IMG/VR virus record: IMGVR_UViG_3300027759_000121
Span: 1-52,309 of that record
DNA length: 52,309 nt
Strand: one strand, 5' to 3'
Source: a virus
Lineage: Duplodnaviria > Caudoviricetes
The notes beneath the pieces were generated by a model. It was not told the origin of the DNA and ran no database searches. It saw nothing but the letters and a program-made list of their open reading frames with translations. Below, one piece after another: positions 20,140-31,280 of this stretch (the first letter of the stretch is position 1; every line of letters starts with the position of its first letter). The position numbers and the translations under genes were made by a program.

Positions 20140-21528
20140 ATGAGATTTATACTACTACTTATACTACTTTTTTCGTGTTCAATTAATTATAATGTCCATG
20201 AACGGAATCTCCAACTACAACATAATGGGATGATCAAACAGGATATAATCATGAAAAATAAAATGACTAAACTTCGAAAGCAAGGTGTCAGGTCATATAA
20301 GAAAAATAAGATTAGTAAAATACGCATAATCCCAAATGGAAAATTTGTAATAAAGTAAAGTCATGGAAAGCCCAAAAATTAACACACCTAATGGTATTGG
20401 TGAATTAAACAATGTATATGTTTCCGAATTAGGATTCTTAATGGTTAAAATCTATTTTAAAAATGGGACATATATAACTTACAATTTAGGCAAACACGAT
20501 GAAAACAATAATGTATTCACCGATAAAATAAACAATTTCAATATAGTTGATTTATGAGAAAAATTTATATATTTTTTTGGTGGTTATGGAATTATCCTGA
20601 AATTGTATGGATGAAATTTAAATCATATTTTAAAAAATGACAATCCAACAGAATGAAAAAATTAATTAGTATATTTGGGGTATTAATTTTGTTATCATGT
20701 AAGTCTAAGACTTATAAATACCAGATTAATGGTGAGGTATACATACCATCGGCAGAATCAAATCGAAGGTATCCGGCAACATGGTATACCGATACGATAT
20801 CCTTCGATAGTGAAACTGCTTATTATTTTAATAGTGACGGTAGTGAGGTTAGAATTGAACCACCTTATATTTTAAAATATAATAAATAAAAATAAGTGAT
20901 ATGACGGAAAGAGAATTAATACTTTTAGGGTTTAAAAGTGAAGAAATGAGAGAGCACGAAGGTGATGAAACGTATTACTACGTTTTAGATATTGTCGATG
21001 GTATTACCTTTATCACACGAACCAATGATGAGATTAAAGATGATGAATGGTATGTTGAATTTTTTAATACAGACCCCTCAGTTAGGTTCCACGATTTTAA
21101 GGAAGTACAATTATTAATCAATCAATTAAGAAACGCCATTGTCAAAAATGAAATTTAAGATACCAACACATGATCCATACACCGGTGAATTAAATCCCCA
21201 TTACGAGGAACTCACCGGAGAAAAACATCCACATTTAATTGAATATAATGAGGATGAAACCAGTCATTGTTTTAATCTACAATCACTTATCGGTAAAGAA
21301 TTTAGATACGATGGTAAGTATGGGATTTCTAATTGGACGGACAAGGTTAAAAATATCGAACCAAATTCAAACATCTATCCCAATCCGTTAGAATCGATAA
21401 GGGCAACCAAAAGTGGAAACGTAACCAAACCATATAAAATGGTTGGATACACCTATGATTTACATGTTAGATCAACAAGGGGTGAACAACTTTACGAGTT
21501 TGAGAAGTGTATATTTTTAGATAATTAA
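20140..21528 (+). CDS. Five small hypothetical proteins, two with lipoprotein-like signals (20140-20358, 20653-20889)
   Basis: LLFSC and LLSC lipobox-like ends of hydrophobic leaders; others 20363-20557, 20901-21158, about 21148-21528. Confidence 0.55.
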
Positions 21529-21544
21529 AAAACATATTAGACTA

Positions 21545-22159
21545 ATGGATATTTTTAACACAAAAATAGATTTGACCAAAATAACGTGCCATTCTGGAGG
21601 GGCGGTGGGATCAGATACCGTTTGGGACGAGATTGGTGAAGAGTTTGGTGTCAAAACCAATGCTTATTCCTATAGAACAAAGTCGCACGTATCTCAGAAT
21701 AAGGTGGAGATTTCCGACCAAGATTATGAAGAAGGTGTTATTCAAATAACCAAAGCAAACGAAATTTTGGGTAGGTTTGGTATTCATAAATATATGAATC
21801 TATTGGCTAGAAACTGGTCGCAGGTTAAATATTCAAAACAAGTTTTTGCGATTGGTACTATAATCGAAGCTGGCGGGAAATCCGTTAAGGGATATAAAAA
21901 CAAGTCTAAAAATGACGTAGTTGATGGTGGTACAGGATATGCCGTTATGATGGCAATCAATCAAGAGAACGATGTTTATGTTTTCGACCAAATTAAAGAT
22001 AAGTGGTTTAAATGGGATTATGGCTCTCTTAGTTTTGCGGAGTTAAAAGATGTTCCTTCGATTACAGAACAGGATTTTGCAGGTATAGGAACAAGAGAGA
22101 TTCGACCGAACGGAATACAAGCAATTAGAGATGTATATGCAAAAACATTTATTAAATAA
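21545..22159 (+). CDS. SLOG-like nucleotide-binding phage protein
   Basis: HSGGAVGSD, LARN..QV, DGGTGYA, FAGIGTR motifs. Confidence 0.65.
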   Translation: MDIFNTKIDLTKITCHSGGAVGSDTVWDEIGEEFGVKTNAYSYRTKSHVSQNKVEISDQDYEEGVIQITKANEILGRFGIHKYMNLLARNWSQVKYSKQVFAIGTIIEAGGKSVKGYKNKSKNDVVDGGTGYAVMMAINQENDVYVFDQIKDKWFKWDYGSLSFAELKDVPSITEQDFAGIGTREIRPNGIQAIRDVYAKTFIK

Positions 22160-22233
22160 AAAAAACAACAATTAAATCCTCATCTGACAAGTTGGGGATT
22201 GTTTTTTTAAAATAAAATTTCTATATTTACAAT

Positions 22234-22913
22234 ATGGAAAAGCGAAGTGAACACTACGGAGACGTGGTAAAGTGGATAGAAAAGGTAATAGACTCTTGCG
22301 AGACATATCGGCAATCAATGGCAGGGCTTAAATTAATCAGAAATTTTCGTCAACAATTAATAAATAAATCTCCAGAGACGTATTGGGGAAGTTACCATTA
22401 CGACATTATTAGTCCACTCGAAAGTAGATTAAGGAGTCGACAATATACTATCACATCGACACTAAATGATGGGGAGGATGTCGATAAATTAAAAAAAAAC
22501 TCGAGGATCTAACAGATAAGTACTCAAGGGTTGTAACCATCCAATCTGATCCAAAATATCTTGGAACGTTTGAGGATGACAGGAACCAAATTGCGAAGGA
22601 AATTAAACTGGTAAAACGTAAAATTAACAATAAATAAATAATCGGTATGTTGAAAAATTTTGTAAAATGGTTTGAAATAAACTGTGGATGGTTTTTTACA
22701 CATGGTAGAAAACAAGCTGCGTGGGCGGAATACTTAAGAAAAAAATATGGTAAAGAGGAAACTAAAAAACCAACTCGTATCACGTTTAGTCCAACACCTA
22801 AATGTTTAATTTGTGAAACTGACATGGAAACAATAAAATTAAACCAACCATTTTGTGGTGGATGTCTATCTGTTTTGACGGGATTAGTTAAAAATAAGAA
22901 AGATGAAATTTAA
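22234..22913 (+). CDS. Small hypothetical proteins (22234-22512; 22647-22913 with CxxC..CxxC)
   Basis: ORFs upstream of thyA. Confidence 0.5.
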
Positions 22914-22922
22914 ATATAAGTT

Positions 22923-23579
22923 ATGAATACATTAGATAAAAAATACACAGATTTACTCCAAGATATATTAGATAATGGAGTCCGCAAGGAGGATCGTACT
23001 GGGACAGGCACACTTTCAGTATTCGGAAGACAGATTCGTCATAATATGAAAGATGGGTTTCCACTCATTACAACCAAAAAGATGGCTTGGAAAACTATGG
23101 TAACCGAATTACTATGGTTTTTAAGAGGTGAAACAAACATTAAATTCTTATTGGATAATGGATGTCATATATGGACGGGTGATGCCTATAAAGTTTATGA
23201 TGAAGACTTTGACCGTGAACACCCAGCATTCAGTGCACCATACCCGAAAAGACTTACTCAAAAAGAATTTGAAGAGAAGATTATGACTGATGACGAATTC
23301 AATAAATGGTATGGAGACCTAGGTCCAATTTATGGACATCAATGGAGAGAATGGAAACACATTAAAGAAGGTGGTTATTTACTTAAAAATGGAAATGAAG
23401 GTAAAGGGACAACCACTAGACATATAGACCAAATCTCAAATCTAATCAACGACCTTAAAACAAACCCAGATTCAAGACGTTTGATGGTTAATGCTTGGAA
23501 TGTAGCTGATTTACCAGTTACTGATTATAGGACTGATGATGAACTTTATCAAGATTATTTAAAGAATGGGATTATGTAG
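22923..23579 (+). CDS. thyA: Thymidylate synthase, N-terminal half of a split gene
   Basis: DRTGTGTLSVFG, FPLITTKK, ELLWFLRG, DLGPIYGHQWR, PDSRRLMVNAWN, then TAG before the catalytic Cys. Confidence 0.92.
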   Translation: MNTLDKKYTDLLQDILDNGVRKEDRTGTGTLSVFGRQIRHNMKDGFPLITTKKMAWKTMVTELLWFLRGETNIKFLLDNGCHIWTGDAYKVYDEDFDREHPAFSAPYPKRLTQKEFEEKIMTDDEFNKWYGDLGPIYGHQWREWKHIKEGGYLLKNGNEGKGTTTRHIDQISNLINDLKTNPDSRRLMVNAWNVADLPVTDYRTDDELYQDYLKNGIM

Positions 23580-23580
23580 A

Positions 23581-23985
23581 ATGAAAATAAAAATACCTTT
23601 ATATGATATTAAAATTAAAATTTATTTTGATTATGATTTGAACAAACCTATTAATAAAATAAAGAAAAATCATAATAAGAAAAAACTTTATAGAATAAAT
23701 GAAATTGATTTTGATGGTGTTGTTATTGGGGAGTTTATCCCAAAAAATAAAATAATTTATGTATTAATCAAGAAAACTAAAAAAGGTATTAATGTGGATA
23801 CATTAACTCACGAAATATATCATTTAACAACCAAAATAATGAAATACAATAACTTTAAATTTAATAAAACAGATGAACCTTTTGCGATATTAAACGGGAA
23901 GTTAAATTCAATGATTATAGGTAAATTAATTAAAAATGGTGATAAATTATATTACCCAACAAGTAAAAAAATAAAAATAAAATAA
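23581..23985 (+). CDS. HExxH-motif protein inserted between thyA halves
   Basis: DTLTHEIYH..DEPFA zincin-like pattern. Confidence 0.55.
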   Translation: MKIKIPLYDIKIKIYFDYDLNKPINKIKKNHNKKKLYRINEIDFDGVVIGEFIPKNKIIYVLIKKTKKGINVDTLTHEIYHLTTKIMKYNNFKFNKTDEPFAILNGKLNSMIIGKLIKNGDKLYYPTSKKIKIK

Positions 23986-23989
23986 ATTT

Positions 23990-24395
23990 ATGAAAAAATC
24001 AGAACAAATTGAAGAAATTGGAACTGCAATTAGTGAGTGTTTGAATAAGTTGTATGAAACTAAAGAACCGTTATCATTTAACCCATTTCCTAAGATGTAT
24101 CATCCAACAGATGATTCTATAAATATACCATTGATTGTTGACGGTAAAAAAATAATTATTGAAATAAAATCATCAAATTATGATTATTGATGTTAACACT
24201 TTTATCCCATCATTTGGTGATTTTATAGTTTATTCTAAGGAAAGTGATATTGAAGAAAATTTATTCAAAGAGATATTTTTTGAATTTTTAAACAATCCAA
24301 AAAAATACAATAATCCAGAAATAATAAAAACGTATTTGAATGAGAAATTACCAATAAATTCTTATATTCAAATAATAAATAGACTTAAATTATGA
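23990..24395 (+). CDS. Two small hypothetical proteins inserted between thyA halves (23990-24190, 24180-24395)
   Basis: Overlapping ORFs; last overlaps the start of thyA-C. Confidence 0.6.
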
Positions 24396-25141
24396 GTAAA
24401 AAATTAACAAAAGAAGAGTTTTTAGAAAAACTAAAAACAGATAGAGATTTTAATAATAGATATGGAAGAAAACATATCACGGAAGGAAAAATGGTACTTC
24501 CACCTTGTCATTATGGATTTCAAATATATACAAGAGAGTTGAGTGAGTTAGAAAGACATGATATTAAAGAACAATATGGGTTTGATTGTAGAAAATTAGC
24601 AAAATCTTCTATTAAACAATTAGATGATGCAAACATACCAACACGAGCAATCTCATTAATGTGGTCGCAAAGATCGTGTGATATTTTTTTGGGAATCCCA
24701 TTCAACATCGCTTCTTATGGGTTGTTATTAGAAATCATTGCTAAAACAGTTAATATGGTTCCAGATGAATTGATTGGAAACTTGGGTGATACCCATTTAT
24801 ATTCAAATCACATTGAACAAGCAAAGGAACAAATAGGTAGAGAATTAACATATAAAGAACGTTATGATATTTGGTTTGAGAATAATTACCAAACTGGTAT
24901 GGAATATAATTTAGATGTCGAACAAGACTTTAATAATAATGTTGGTGAAGATTACATGACTGTACCACCTTATAGGACGAGAGAACCTTTTCCATTACCA
25001 ACATTAAAAATAAATTCAGGAAATGATAATTGGCATTTACTAGGTATCAACGAAATCATTAATAGTTTAGATCCAGATATTACTTTTAAAATAGAGAACT
25101 ATCAATCACATCCGACAATTAAAGCACCACTTTCTAATTAA
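24392..25141 (+). CDS. thyA: Thymidylate synthase, C-terminal catalytic half of a split gene
   Basis: MVLPPCH, QRSCDIFLGIPFNIASY, GDTHLYSNH, Y.SHP.IKAPLS. Confidence 0.92.
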   Translation: MSKKLTKEEFLEKLKTDRDFNNRYGRKHITEGKMVLPPCHYGFQIYTRELSELERHDIKEQYGFDCRKLAKSSIKQLDDANIPTRAISLMWSQRSCDIFLGIPFNIASYGLLLEIIAKTVNMVPDELIGNLGDTHLYSNHIEQAKEQIGRELTYKERYDIWFENNYQTGMEYNLDVEQDFNNNVGEDYMTVPPYRTREPFPLPTLKINSGNDNWHLLGINEIINSLDPDITFKIENYQSHPTIKAPLSN

Positions 25142-25144
25142 ATT

Positions 25145-25978
25145 ATGACATACATATATAACATATTTAAGCAATACAAATACTCGTTACTGTTAATATA
25201 TTTGTATATGTTCATAGCTCAGATGTTATTTTTAATAGAACCATATGTGTTAGGTAAGATGATCGATGGTTTATTACATAAAGAATATTTTTGGATATTT
25301 TGTTTTATAGGTATCGCTATCGTTGAAAATCTATTCATTTACAAGAGAATGGTATTTGACACTAAGGTTTATACTAAAATTTATAATAATATAGTATTCA
25401 AATATCTTAAGAAAGAAAATTATGTTAATTCATCCTCAACAATGGCTAGAGTTGAAATGTCAAATGATATAATCAATTTTTTAGAAAATGATATGCATTA
25501 TTATATTTATGCAATAATTTCAATAATTGGTACATTGTTTTTTATATTTTTAGAGAATCCAATGACTGGATTCACTGTCCTGTCATGTGTTGCCCCAATT
25601 TGTTTTATTGTCTATTCCTTATATAGAAAAATAGGTCAGAGTACAAGACTTAAACATACCCATCTTGAACAAAAAATTGACATATTGAGTGGTGGTAACG
25701 TATCAAAAATTGACACATTTTTTAAAAGAAGAAGAAAAATTCTAATATACTCATCAACACTACAAGGTAAAAATTGGACAGCTCTTAATATAACTAAAAC
25801 CACATTTTTAATACTTGCTCTTATTGTATTTACCGGTACGGGTACTAATTTGACTCAAGGGGAAACCGTTGCAATGTTTGCATATATTAACCAATTCGTT
25901 ATATCATTAATGTCAATCCCAATGGGGGTTGAGATATTCACACGTATGAGAGATATTATTAATAGGATTAAAGAATGA
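25145..25978 (+). CDS. ABC-transporter-type transmembrane domain protein without ATPase
   Basis: About six TM segments; PYVLGKMIDGL pattern. Confidence 0.65.
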   Translation: MTYIYNIFKQYKYSLLLIYLYMFIAQMLFLIEPYVLGKMIDGLLHKEYFWIFCFIGIAIVENLFIYKRMVFDTKVYTKIYNNIVFKYLKKENYVNSSSTMARVEMSNDIINFLENDMHYYIYAIISIIGTLFFIFLENPMTGFTVLSCVAPICFIVYSLYRKIGQSTRLKHTHLEQKIDILSGGNVSKIDTFFKRRRKILIYSSTLQGKNWTALNITKTTFLILALIVFTGTGTNLTQGETVAMFAYINQFVISLMSIPMGVEIFTRMRDIINRIKE

Positions 25979-25994
25979 TAATTTATAAAAAAAA

Positions 25995-26872
25995 ATGATT
26001 ATGAAAACAGGAACCATTAGACATAAAGACAATATCGGGGTTTATATTGAATATGAACCAAGAAAAGTTTACGGATATTATAAGAACGAAGAGATCTGTA
26101 AAATATATTATAGTGAAATAATATTGAACCCAGACATATTTGCACCTGAGGTTAGTGTTGGAGATAAGGTGTCGTTTATTATTAAAACATATGGAACTGG
26201 TGATGGTTCATTTTATGTTGCAGAAATAGTTGATTGACATTAATCGGATAACTATATTTGTATAGGTAAACAAAATTGAAATTATGGAGAAAGAAAATAA
26301 TAAATGGACAAGAGAGCAAGGAGAATTGGATAAGCAAAGACTCCTCGAAGCATTAAAGGAAATATCCGTCTCAGAAGAGGATTTGGAATGGGTTAGCAAT
26401 AAATTAGATGGGATAATCGACGATAAAGAAAAAAATGAAACAAAAGGTAATATTAGTGATAATAACTTTAATAATCGTTTACACTTATAGTTGTACCCAA
26501 TCAAACTAGATGAACTAACAGATATCGTTAACGGTTTAATTAATTAAAATGACAAAAGAGCAAATTTTAAAATACGGAGAAATACAATACCTAAAAGGTA
26601 GATTGGATGAACTAGATAAGGCGTTCCCAGAATTGATGGATGTGTATGGTAGCAGAAAACTTGATCAACGAATCGAGAAGTACATCCAAAAACTAAAAAA
26701 CGTGGACGAGATTTCGTATTACCTATATGAGGTTGAATTAAAAACAACAAGAAAGTCTAAGGAACGAAGTAAAAGGGACATCAAGGATCTTTTGGTGCAA
26801 ATCATAATTAATGAGAATATCGCCAATGAGGATATCCTTGAGAGAATTAAAAAACAAATCGATACTTACTAG
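25995..26872 (+). CDS. Small hypothetical proteins (25995-26237, 26284-26490, 26549-26872)
   Basis: ORF track and operon packing. Confidence 0.5.
26497..26550 (+). repeat. 54-nt dispersed duplicate of 46193-46246 (3' end of response regulator gene)
   Basis: 53 of 54 nt identical by direct comparison. Confidence 0.9.
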
Positions 26873-26984
26873 AAAAGTTAAAGAACTTATTGGTGATAAT
26901 TCAAAATAATTTAGTATATTTGTATTATTCTTAATACGATAAAGTTTTTTTACATGCTCGTGATACTTATGGTAAAGTGTTATA

Positions 26985-27626
26985 ATGGATTATAAAAAAA
27001 TACACGATAATATTATTCTTAAGGCAAATAGTAGAGTTTTAATTGGTTATGGGGAGAATCACCACGTAGTTCCAAAGTGTTTAGGTGGTGATAATAAAAA
27101 AGAAAACTTAGTCAGGTTAACGGCAAAAGAACATTGGGTAATCCATCTACTTTTAGTAGAAATTTATCCAAATCATCCTAAATTAAAATTGGCGGTTAGG
27201 ATGATGTCCGTAAGAAGTGATAACCAAGAAAGGAAAGTAATAAGATCTGGTAAACAGTTTGAAAGAGTTAAGATAGAAGCCTCTCAAGTTCATAGTGATT
27301 TGACTCGTGGAGTTAAAAAACCTCCATTTACTCAAGATCATAGGGACAATATTAGTAAATCAAAAATAGGAAAACCAAGTCCTAATAAAGGAAAAGTTTT
27401 TACCGAAGAACATAAAAGAAAAATTGGATTATCAAGTAAAGGAAGAATATCTGGAGATAAAAACCCTATGAAAATAAAAGAAGTTTTAGATAAACATCCT
27501 GCACTTTTTAGTGATATGAATAATCCTAGTAAGATAAAAACAAAATGTCCATACTGTGAGGTTATTTCTGGAAAGGGTAACTACAGTAAATGGCATGGGG
27601 ATAAATGTAAATATAAAAAAATATGA
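26985..27626 (+). mobile_element. HNH homing endonuclease with NUMOD3-like repeats
   Basis: ENHHVVPKCLGG..NLVRLTAKEH..IH; FTEEHKRKIG; CPYC..WH..KC. Confidence 0.88.
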
Positions 27627-28315
27627 AACTGACATTATTTAGCGATACTCACGGCAAACACAAACATATTCATCACGATTTACCTGGTGGTGATATTTTG
27701 ATTTGCTCAGGTGACATCAGTTCTATGGGTTACGAACACGAGATTACTCAGTTTGCGGGTTGGTATGACAAAATTGCAACTTACGATCACAAAGTATTTA
27801 TTGCAGGTAATCACGATTGGGGATTCCAAAATAATGCTGAAAAAGTTAAAGGTAACTTAACAGGATACAAAACTATTGACTACATCCAAGATGAGTTAAT
27901 GATTGTCCAAGACGGTGATGGACCTGAGATTAAAATTTGGGGTTCTCCTTGGCAACCTGAGTTCTACAATTGGGCGTTTAACTTACCTAAAAACGGTGAA
28001 GAGTTGAAAGCAAAATGGGATATGATACCTGAAGGGATTGATATCTTAATTACTCACGGACCGGCTTGGGGGATATTGGATGATGTTGAAGGTAACCGCA
28101 ATGTTCACTTGGGTTGTGAATTACTTGCAGAGAAAATTAAACAAATCAAACCTAAGATCCACATCTGTGGTCATATCCACAGTGGACACGGACACTACTT
28201 TGACGGACATACCCACTACTTCAATGCGTCTGTATTGAACGAGCAATATCTTTATTCTCATACGCCATGGAATATTGATTGGGATCCAATAACTAATGAA
28301 ATTAACTTTTTATAA
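27623..28315 (+). CDS. Calcineurin-like metallophosphoesterase
   Basis: SDTHG, SGD, AGNHD, THGP, CGHIH. Confidence 0.9.
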   Translation: MKLTLFSDTHGKHKHIHHDLPGGDILICSGDISSMGYEHEITQFAGWYDKIATYDHKVFIAGNHDWGFQNNAEKVKGNLTGYKTIDYIQDELMIVQDGDGPEIKIWGSPWQPEFYNWAFNLPKNGEELKAKWDMIPEGIDILITHGPAWGILDDVEGNRNVHLGCELLAEKIKQIKPKIHICGHIHSGHGHYFDGHTHYFNASVLNEQYLYSHTPWNIDWDPITNEINFL

Positions 28316-28815
28316 TGGAACAACCAAGAATAATCAACAACAGAATATTCTACGATGAGAGAGGATCATTTAGTCCTCTTTCGTTGTTTGAATTAGATAA
28401 GGAATGGAAACAAAGTAACATTAGTGTGAACCCAAAAAAGTTTACATTAAGGGGATTACATTACCAAACAGGAGAAACCTCTCAGGGTAAATTGGTAAAA
28501 GTTATTAATGGTAAAATTTTAGATTTCGTAGTAGATTTACAAGTACCACTTAGAACATACAATAATTGTCAATTTTTTGAAATGAAAGGTGGGGATGAAT
28601 TAATTGTACCAAAAGGGTTTGCTCACGGGTTTATAACCTTAGAAGATAATACCGTAGTTCAATATTTGGTTGACAATGATTATAGACCAAATACAGAAGG
28701 ATCATTATTATGGTCTTCGTTTCCTGAGATTAAAAATGAGATATTAAGGTTAGATAGTACGTTTGATGAATCCAATGTTATTATATCAGTAAAGGATTTG
28801 TTTGAAAAATCATAA
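28315..28815 (+). CDS. rmlC: dTDP-4-dehydrorhamnose 3,5-epimerase
   Basis: DERGSF, TLRGLHYQ, QGKLV, VPKGFAHGF. Confidence 0.88.
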   Translation: MEQPRIINNRIFYDERGSFSPLSLFELDKEWKQSNISVNPKKFTLRGLHYQTGETSQGKLVKVINGKILDFVVDLQVPLRTYNNCQFFEMKGGDELIVPKGFAHGFITLEDNTVVQYLVDNDYRPNTEGSLLWSSFPEIKNEILRLDSTFDESNVIISVKDLFEKS

Positions 28816-28843
28816 ACTTTAGTATATTTATTAATAAAGTACT

Positions 28844-29332
28844 ATGGAAAAAGATTTAACACACAAATTGTTTGAAGAATTAAAAAAACAAGGGATGTAC
28901 GAACAGGAAGATACAATTGAAGACGAAGATGACAATAATGAAAATGATTCAGAGTCCGAAGGAAGTAATGATCAGTTTTGTGAAATAGTTTGTAAGTTAT
29001 TACATTCACAAACACAAGTACATATCCTTCATTTACAAACAACTTCATATTCAGAACATAAAGCACTACAAGGATATTATGAAGGTATAGATGGATTAGT
29101 TGACGGGTTAGTTGAATCATATCAGGGTAAACACGGATTAGTTAAAAATTACAAAACTTTTGATATGGTCGATTATAAGTCAAATGATCAATTAATTAAG
29201 TACTTTAAAGAGTTATTGGATGTTATTTCTGATAATCGTGATTCAGTTAAAGAAAGTTATTTGCAGAACCAAATTGATACTGTAGAAGAACTAATAAATT
29301 CTACTCTTTACAAATTAAAATTTCTTAAATAA
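28844..29332 (+). CDS. Ferritin/Dps-like four-helix protein (DUF5856-like)
   Basis: HILHLQT..YSEHKAL..YY..D.LVE.YQG; LQN.ID; YKLKFL. Confidence 0.7.
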   Translation: MEKDLTHKLFEELKKQGMYEQEDTIEDEDDNNENDSESEGSNDQFCEIVCKLLHSQTQVHILHLQTTSYSEHKALQGYYEGIDGLVDGLVESYQGKHGLVKNYKTFDMVDYKSNDQLIKYFKELLDVISDNRDSVKESYLQNQIDTVEELINSTLYKLKFLK

Positions 29333-29965
29333 ATGATTAAATTAACTTTGAATGAGAATGAACAAATATCTTCACAACATGAGGGTATTGATAGCAAATT
29401 GTTTTATTTCTTAATGAGAAGACTTAAGGTTAGCGAACGAGAGTTAGGTGGTAATTGGGGCGATATAGAACCATTAAAAGTTAAGGAATACAGATTTGAA
29501 GGATTTCCTGGTTTTGGGTTTACAGGTTATATGTCAAAAAAAGATATGGAAAAAAGTATTATAACTATGTTATATGAAAACGATATAACTGATTATGTTT
29601 ACGATATGGACGAACAAAATCCTGAAAGAGTAAAAATTGTAAAAACAATTAGAAAATTTTTAAATTTTATGTTGTCAGATCAAAAATAAATTCGTAGATT
29701 TGTAGAAGTATTAATCAAAACAAAAAACAAAAAAATGGGAAAGGGTATAACAAAAGGTCGTTACATTTGTAAAGTTGGTTATTTAGATGTTTATGCGATA
29801 GACGCTATGAGAAAACAACCAGGAAGAGGAGATAACAAAGAAGTTGCTTCCACAACTTATCAAATCATACACGGTAAGAATATTAAAGAACGTGGATTTA
29901 AAACCAAAGACATAGCGGTGGCTAAGGCGACCGAAATGATGGAATACCACATGGTAGGGAAATAA
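29333..29965 (+). CDS. Two hypothetical proteins (29333-29689, 29735-29965)
   Basis: ORFs; bidirectional terminator aagtcgga/tccgactt at 29973-29994. Confidence 0.6.
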
Positions 29966-29996
29966 AAAAAGGAAGTCGGATCTAAGTCCGACTTTT

Positions 29997-30968
29997 TTAT
30001 TTATTATAAGTTATATTAACGATTATATTTTGTGATACATCTCTACCTAACATTTCAGTAAAGGATCTTTCAAAATAAGAGTTAACTGATGATTTTAGAT
30101 ATTCTTTGGAGACACCAGACATATTATCTGTGAAGAAATCACCGGCTTCTCTATCTATTTTATTATTATCAATCTTATCGACTTTAACAATGTTTATATC
30201 TACCTCAGGCATTTTCTCATTGAACCTAACTCCTGTATAGTAGAATGATAATCTTACTCTTGGGAACCAACCAACTCTAATTGTTTGTGAGGTACGTGAG
30301 TCAATTAATTTATCAATTGATTCAGTAAATTTGTTATTTTTATCTACAACTAATTGTTCTGGTTTAATTGATCCTCGTCTGATCTGTTCCATTTCATTAC
30401 GATCACAAATTAACATTTCTTTACCTATATCACTATTCCATCTTGTTGGTCTTGTGTTCCTCATTTGTTTGGATGTGGAAGACGAATACGTGTTAGATGT
30501 CTCAAACCATTTTTTATATTTGTAAATGTATATTGGATACCAATTATATGAAAGAACAATATATCCCCAATCACCTTTATTATCTTGTTCCCATTTACCT
30601 TCTAAGTTAGATCCTTTAAATGGTAATAACTCAGTTACTCTTTCAGATGCATTTGTGTTAGTTACCTTTTTTGTTTTTAAGTTATGGTATTGTTTAAGGT
30701 CACTTGTTTTAGTATCTTCATAGTTACCATCTTCCCTATAGTTCTGAGTATACTTATTATATATTTCAAAAAAGTCGCCAAGTTTAAAACCAAAAGATGA
30801 TGCATTACTTTGAATAAACTTATTTATTTGTGCGGATGTAGGGTTTGCAGATTCTTTATATTCATTTATAAATTTAAAAAATATCACTTCTCTCTTTGTA
30901 AACGCCTTATCTTCGACTTCCTCTAACAATACTCGTTTTATTATATTTTGTAATTTCATATCTTTCAT
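29997..30968 (-). CDS. Leader-bearing hypothetical protein
   Basis: MKLQNIIKRVLLEE leader; YIVLSY.WYPI..YSSSTSKQ motif. Confidence 0.65.
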   Translation of the reverse strand: MKDMKLQNIIKRVLLEEVEDKAFTKREVIFFKFINEYKESANPTSAQINKFIQSNASSFGFKLGDFFEIYNKYTQNYREDGNYEDTKTSDLKQYHNLKTKKVTNTNASERVTELLPFKGSNLEGKWEQDNKGDWGYIVLSYNWYPIYIYKYKKWFETSNTYSSSTSKQMRNTRPTRWNSDIGKEMLICDRNEMEQIRRGSIKPEQLVVDKNNKFTESIDKLIDSRTSQTIRVGWFPRVRLSFYYTGVRFNEKMPEVDINIVKVDKIDNNKIDREAGDFFTDNMSGVSKEYLKSSVNSYFERSFTEMLGRDVSQNIIVNITYNK

Positions 30969-31016
30969 ACTCTATATAAATATCATAATGTATAGAGTTT
31001 TTTACTTTTGTGTAAT

Positions 31017-31217
31017 CTATTTTTTGTTATAGATATCCCAAAATTTCTTTAGTTCTACTTTATTGTATTTTTTGGATTCGATATCCCAACCACATTCGTG
31101 ACATAAATAAGAGTGTTTATCGTTCTTTTCTTTTTTCCATGAATGGTCACATTTTGGACAATGGAGATCATTCCCAAATAATATGTCTGCTTGTGTCTCT
31201 GTGATTATAATTTTCAT
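31017..31217 (-). CDS. Small Zn-ribbon protein with leader
   Basis: MKIIITETQ; CPKC..CHECG. Confidence 0.7.
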   Translation of the reverse strand: MKIIITETQADILFGNDLHCPKCDHSWKKEKNDKHSYLCHECGWDIESKKYNKVELKKFWDIYNKK

Positions 31218-31280
31218 ATATAATAAATATTGCTACAATTCTATAATAAAATCTACTATTATTTAATAAAATTATTTATT

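Noticed and set aside
23577-23606. TAG readthrough or stop-codon recoding joining thyA
   Set aside because: A TGA follows in frame within nine codons, and genes across the window are intact in the standard code
23514-24490. Group I intron or intein in thyA
   Set aside because: Gap is filled by ORFs, no intron core seen, no U/G splice pair restores normal spacing, no Cys/Ser start or His-Asn end
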